Shown here: positions 61,649 to 64,000 of the stretch, in pieces
Numbering within the stretch: the first letter of the stretch is position 1
Layout: the number at the start of each line of letters is the position of its first letter
Assembly (NCBI GenBank): GCA_003693705.1
Contig: RBZT01000419.1
Location: 1 to 64,000, forward strand
Length of the DNA: 64,000 nt
Direction of reading: 5' to 3'
Source: Polymyxa betae A26-41
Lineage: Eukaryota; Protista; Endomyxa: Phytomyxea
Made by a program: the position numbers and the translations under genes
Notes under the pieces: model-generated
Database searches by the model: none
Told to the model about the DNA's origin: nothing
The model's input: only the letters and a program-made list of their open reading frames with translations

Positions 61649-63016
61649 ATGGGCGGGATGATGATCGCATCCGGGCTACTCCTCATCATGTTGGGCACCT
61701 CCATCAATGCGTTCGAGTTGCTCGATCATCTGGGCACCAGCACCCCGTACCGGCCCAGCCCGGAATCCGGTGTCACACCACCGCCATCCTGCCAACTGCA
61801 TCAAGTTAACATGGTGCTGAGACATGGGACCCGCCATCCCACCCCTGATACGGTTCGTGAAGCCGACGTCCTGTATCGTCAGCTGCAGGACGTGCTGGCC
61901 CGCCAGGCGCAGGTCCCGAATTGGCTGCGAGAGTGGCGCCCGCGTTTCGATCGATCTCAGAGCGGCGAACTGACAACGATCGGTGTGCGAGAGCATTACG
62001 AGCTGGCACGACGTCTGGCTGCCAGATATCCAGATGTGTTTGGGCAGCCGCATCGAGCAGATCTGGCACGGTTGCGATCGACGAAGAAAAGCCGGGCACA
62101 GAACAGCGCCAGAGCGTTCGCCATTGGACTTTGGCATAAGACAGGGAATATCACTCAGCAGGGCTTTGAACTAGCGTCGTTTATATACACGACTGGACCT
62201 TTGAATAACGATCCGATCTTACGCCCATTCGATATGTGCCCGCGATACAATTACAGCCTACAAGATCCTCAGACACGGATTCACTACCGACAGTATATGA
62301 CAAGAACATCACCACGAATCGCGGCTCATATTCAGGCCAGAATGGGTATTGAACTCGACCCGAGACTAGTGAAGTCGTTATGGAAAATGTGTAAAGCGGA
62401 GGTGTCGGCACTTGGATCGTCGAGCTTATGCGCCCTGTTCGATGCTGATGATGTTCTGGCTCTGGAACTGGGTGATGATATCGGGACGTATTGGAAGAAA
62501 GGTCCAGGACGACCGATCAACTCGCAGATGATATGTCCATTATTGCAGGATATTCAGACATCGATAACGGCAGCGTCACAAGACGTTAACTCTGGAAGGC
62601 TCGATCTTAGATTCGCTCATGCTGAGACCATCATTCCTTTAGTCACCAGCTTGGTAACAAAACATTTCGAAATCATTTCTGCAGCTTTTGTTAAATATTT
62701 TAAACTTTTATACTTGATGCTGACCGTGTAAATGTAGGGTTTATTCCAGGATAATCACAATATGACGTCCGATTCCGATGTGTCTCAGCTCAGATCAAGA
62801 TCATGGCGAATGAGTCGAGTCTCGCCATACGCAGCCAATGTTGCATTCCACCTGTTCCGGTGTCCAGGACAGATTCTAATCGAAGTCTTACACAACGAAC
62901 AACCGTTGCCAATGCCGTTCTGCTCGGGGCAATATTTCTGCCCGATGAAGACGTTCCAGGACCATTTAATGCAGTTCACGTCATGCTGCAATCTTACAAA
63001 GATCTGTTCGCTGTAG
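61649..63016 (+). CDS. Secreted histidine acid phosphatase, MINPP1/phytase-like (copy 1)
   Basis: Signal peptide; HLGTSTPY; RHGTRHP; GELT..G; LRPFDMCPRY; FAHAETIIP; WRMSRVSPYAANVAF; intron 62654-62737. Confidence 0.92.
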
Positions 63017-63393
63017 TCAACTGTATGGCGGGTGGCTGCGCCACCTAAAAGTGCGAGACTGCGCATTACCTACTGAATACGTAAAGAACATCGAATTATA
63101 TCCCATATACAGAGTCAGTTTAATCTTCAAAATCAGAGATCTAACCGAACAGCCAGTAATAATAACCAACTCTAAATTCATTGCAGATCGGGGTACTACA
63201 AAAGCCATTAGATCATCATTCCGTTTTTGGAATCCTCGACAGCCTCCGTTCTCGTACAGTACTTATGAATGTCAGTGCGCGCGACGCCCTGCGGGCACCT
63301 CCACAACGTACAGTAACATAGAATGCAGCTCCGACCGTACTGGCTCACGAGACAGCTTCGGGCCGTCCACGTCACTCGTAGCGCTCACGCCCA

Positions 63394-64000
63394 ATGGTCG
63401 CCGTCCACGAGGCGTTGCCCGTGACCATCTTCCTGACCGTGTTCGTCGTGGTTGTTGCTGAGTTCGACCCGCTCCGCCATCTGGGCACGACGACGCCGTA
63501 CCGGCCCACGATAGCGGGCTCCAGGCCGACCCTCCCCCATACATGCCGCCTGCATCAGGTCAATATGGTACTCCGACACGGGACCAGATACCCGACCCAG
63601 AACACAGTCCAGCTGGCCACTCAGCTCTACGACCGCCTCCAGGACGTACTGGACCGGCACCAAGGGATCGTCCCGGATTGGTTGGTCGGATGGCGACCGC
63701 GATTTGATGGCATCGTTGCGGGTGAACTGACCACAACTGGAATGTTGGAGCATTACGAGCTGGCTCAGCGTTTATCTGCTCGATATCCAGATGTGTTCGC
63801 ACAACCGTATCAAGCTGATCGTTGTCGGCTGCGATCGACACAGAAGAGCCGCGCTGGTCGAAGCGCCAGCGCATTCGCGATCGGGCTTTGGCATGGGACT
63901 GGTAATGTCACTGAACATCGGTTCGAGCCAACCTTTATATACACGACCGGACCTCTGATTGACGATCCGATCTTGCGCCCGTTCGATAAGTGTCCGAGAT
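63394..64000 (+). CDS. Secreted histidine acid phosphatase, MINPP1/phytase-like (copy 2, truncated by window edge)
   Basis: ATG 63394: MVAVHEALPVTIFLTVFVVVVAEFDPLRHLGTTTPY..CRLHQVNMVLRHGTRYPT..; open to the window end and colinear with copy 1; absent from the ORF track because no stop lies in the window. Confidence 0.92.
   Translation, partial: MVAVHEALPVTIFLTVFVVVVAEFDPLRHLGTTTPYRPTIAGSRPTLPHTCRLHQVNMVLRHGTRYPTQNTVQLATQLYDRLQDVLDRHQGIVPDWLVGWRPRFDGIVAGELTTTGMLEHYELAQRLSARYPDVFAQPYQADRCRLRSTQKSRAGRSASAFAIGLWHGTGNVTEHRFEPTFIYTTGPLIDDPILRPFDKCPR

Noticed and set aside
1-64000. tRNA, rRNA, CRISPR arrays, U12-type introns, alternative genetic code
   Set aside because: GGTTCGA-like hits inspected fall in coding sequence without cloverleafs; no spaced repeat array; no clean RTATCCTT donor noticed; conserved genes end in TAA, TAG and TGA normally.

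Overview
Gene-dense, intron-rich eukaryotic (protist-like) DNA, roughly mid-40s % GC by eye, with mostly 40-60 bp GT-AG introns. ARL3 implies a ciliated/zoospore stage; a phytomyxid-like rhizarian is plausible but is inference only. Recognisable genes in order: TRRAP/Tra1 (-), secreted VWD-domain protein (-), bacterial-type MgtA/MgtB P3B ATPase with a frameshift (+), a hidden 5-exon ubiquitin-fold gene absent from the ORF track (-), VPS35 (-), a bZIP factor (+), a KLF/SP-spaced C2H2 factor (-), a 67-aa membrane protein (+), PA28/REG (-), a hidden multi-exon coiled-coil gene (-), PAN2 (+), DIM1/TXNL4A (+), a membrane RING-H2 ligase (-), WDR6/Trm734 (-), a membrane-anchored SAM methyltransferase (+), ARL3 (-), SPB1/FTSJ3 (-), HAT1 (+), a hypothetical protein (+), a non-LTR retrotransposon RNase H fragment (-) and two tandem secreted MINPP1/phytase-like histidine phosphatases (+). 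Most notable: the hidden Gly-terminated UBL gene, the damaged intron-containing P3B ATPase, three diverged copies of a structured LINE 3' tail ending in (AATCC)n, and two hairpin-dense segments. No tRNA, rRNA or CRISPR array was seen. Gene models were spliced by hand; no searches were run.
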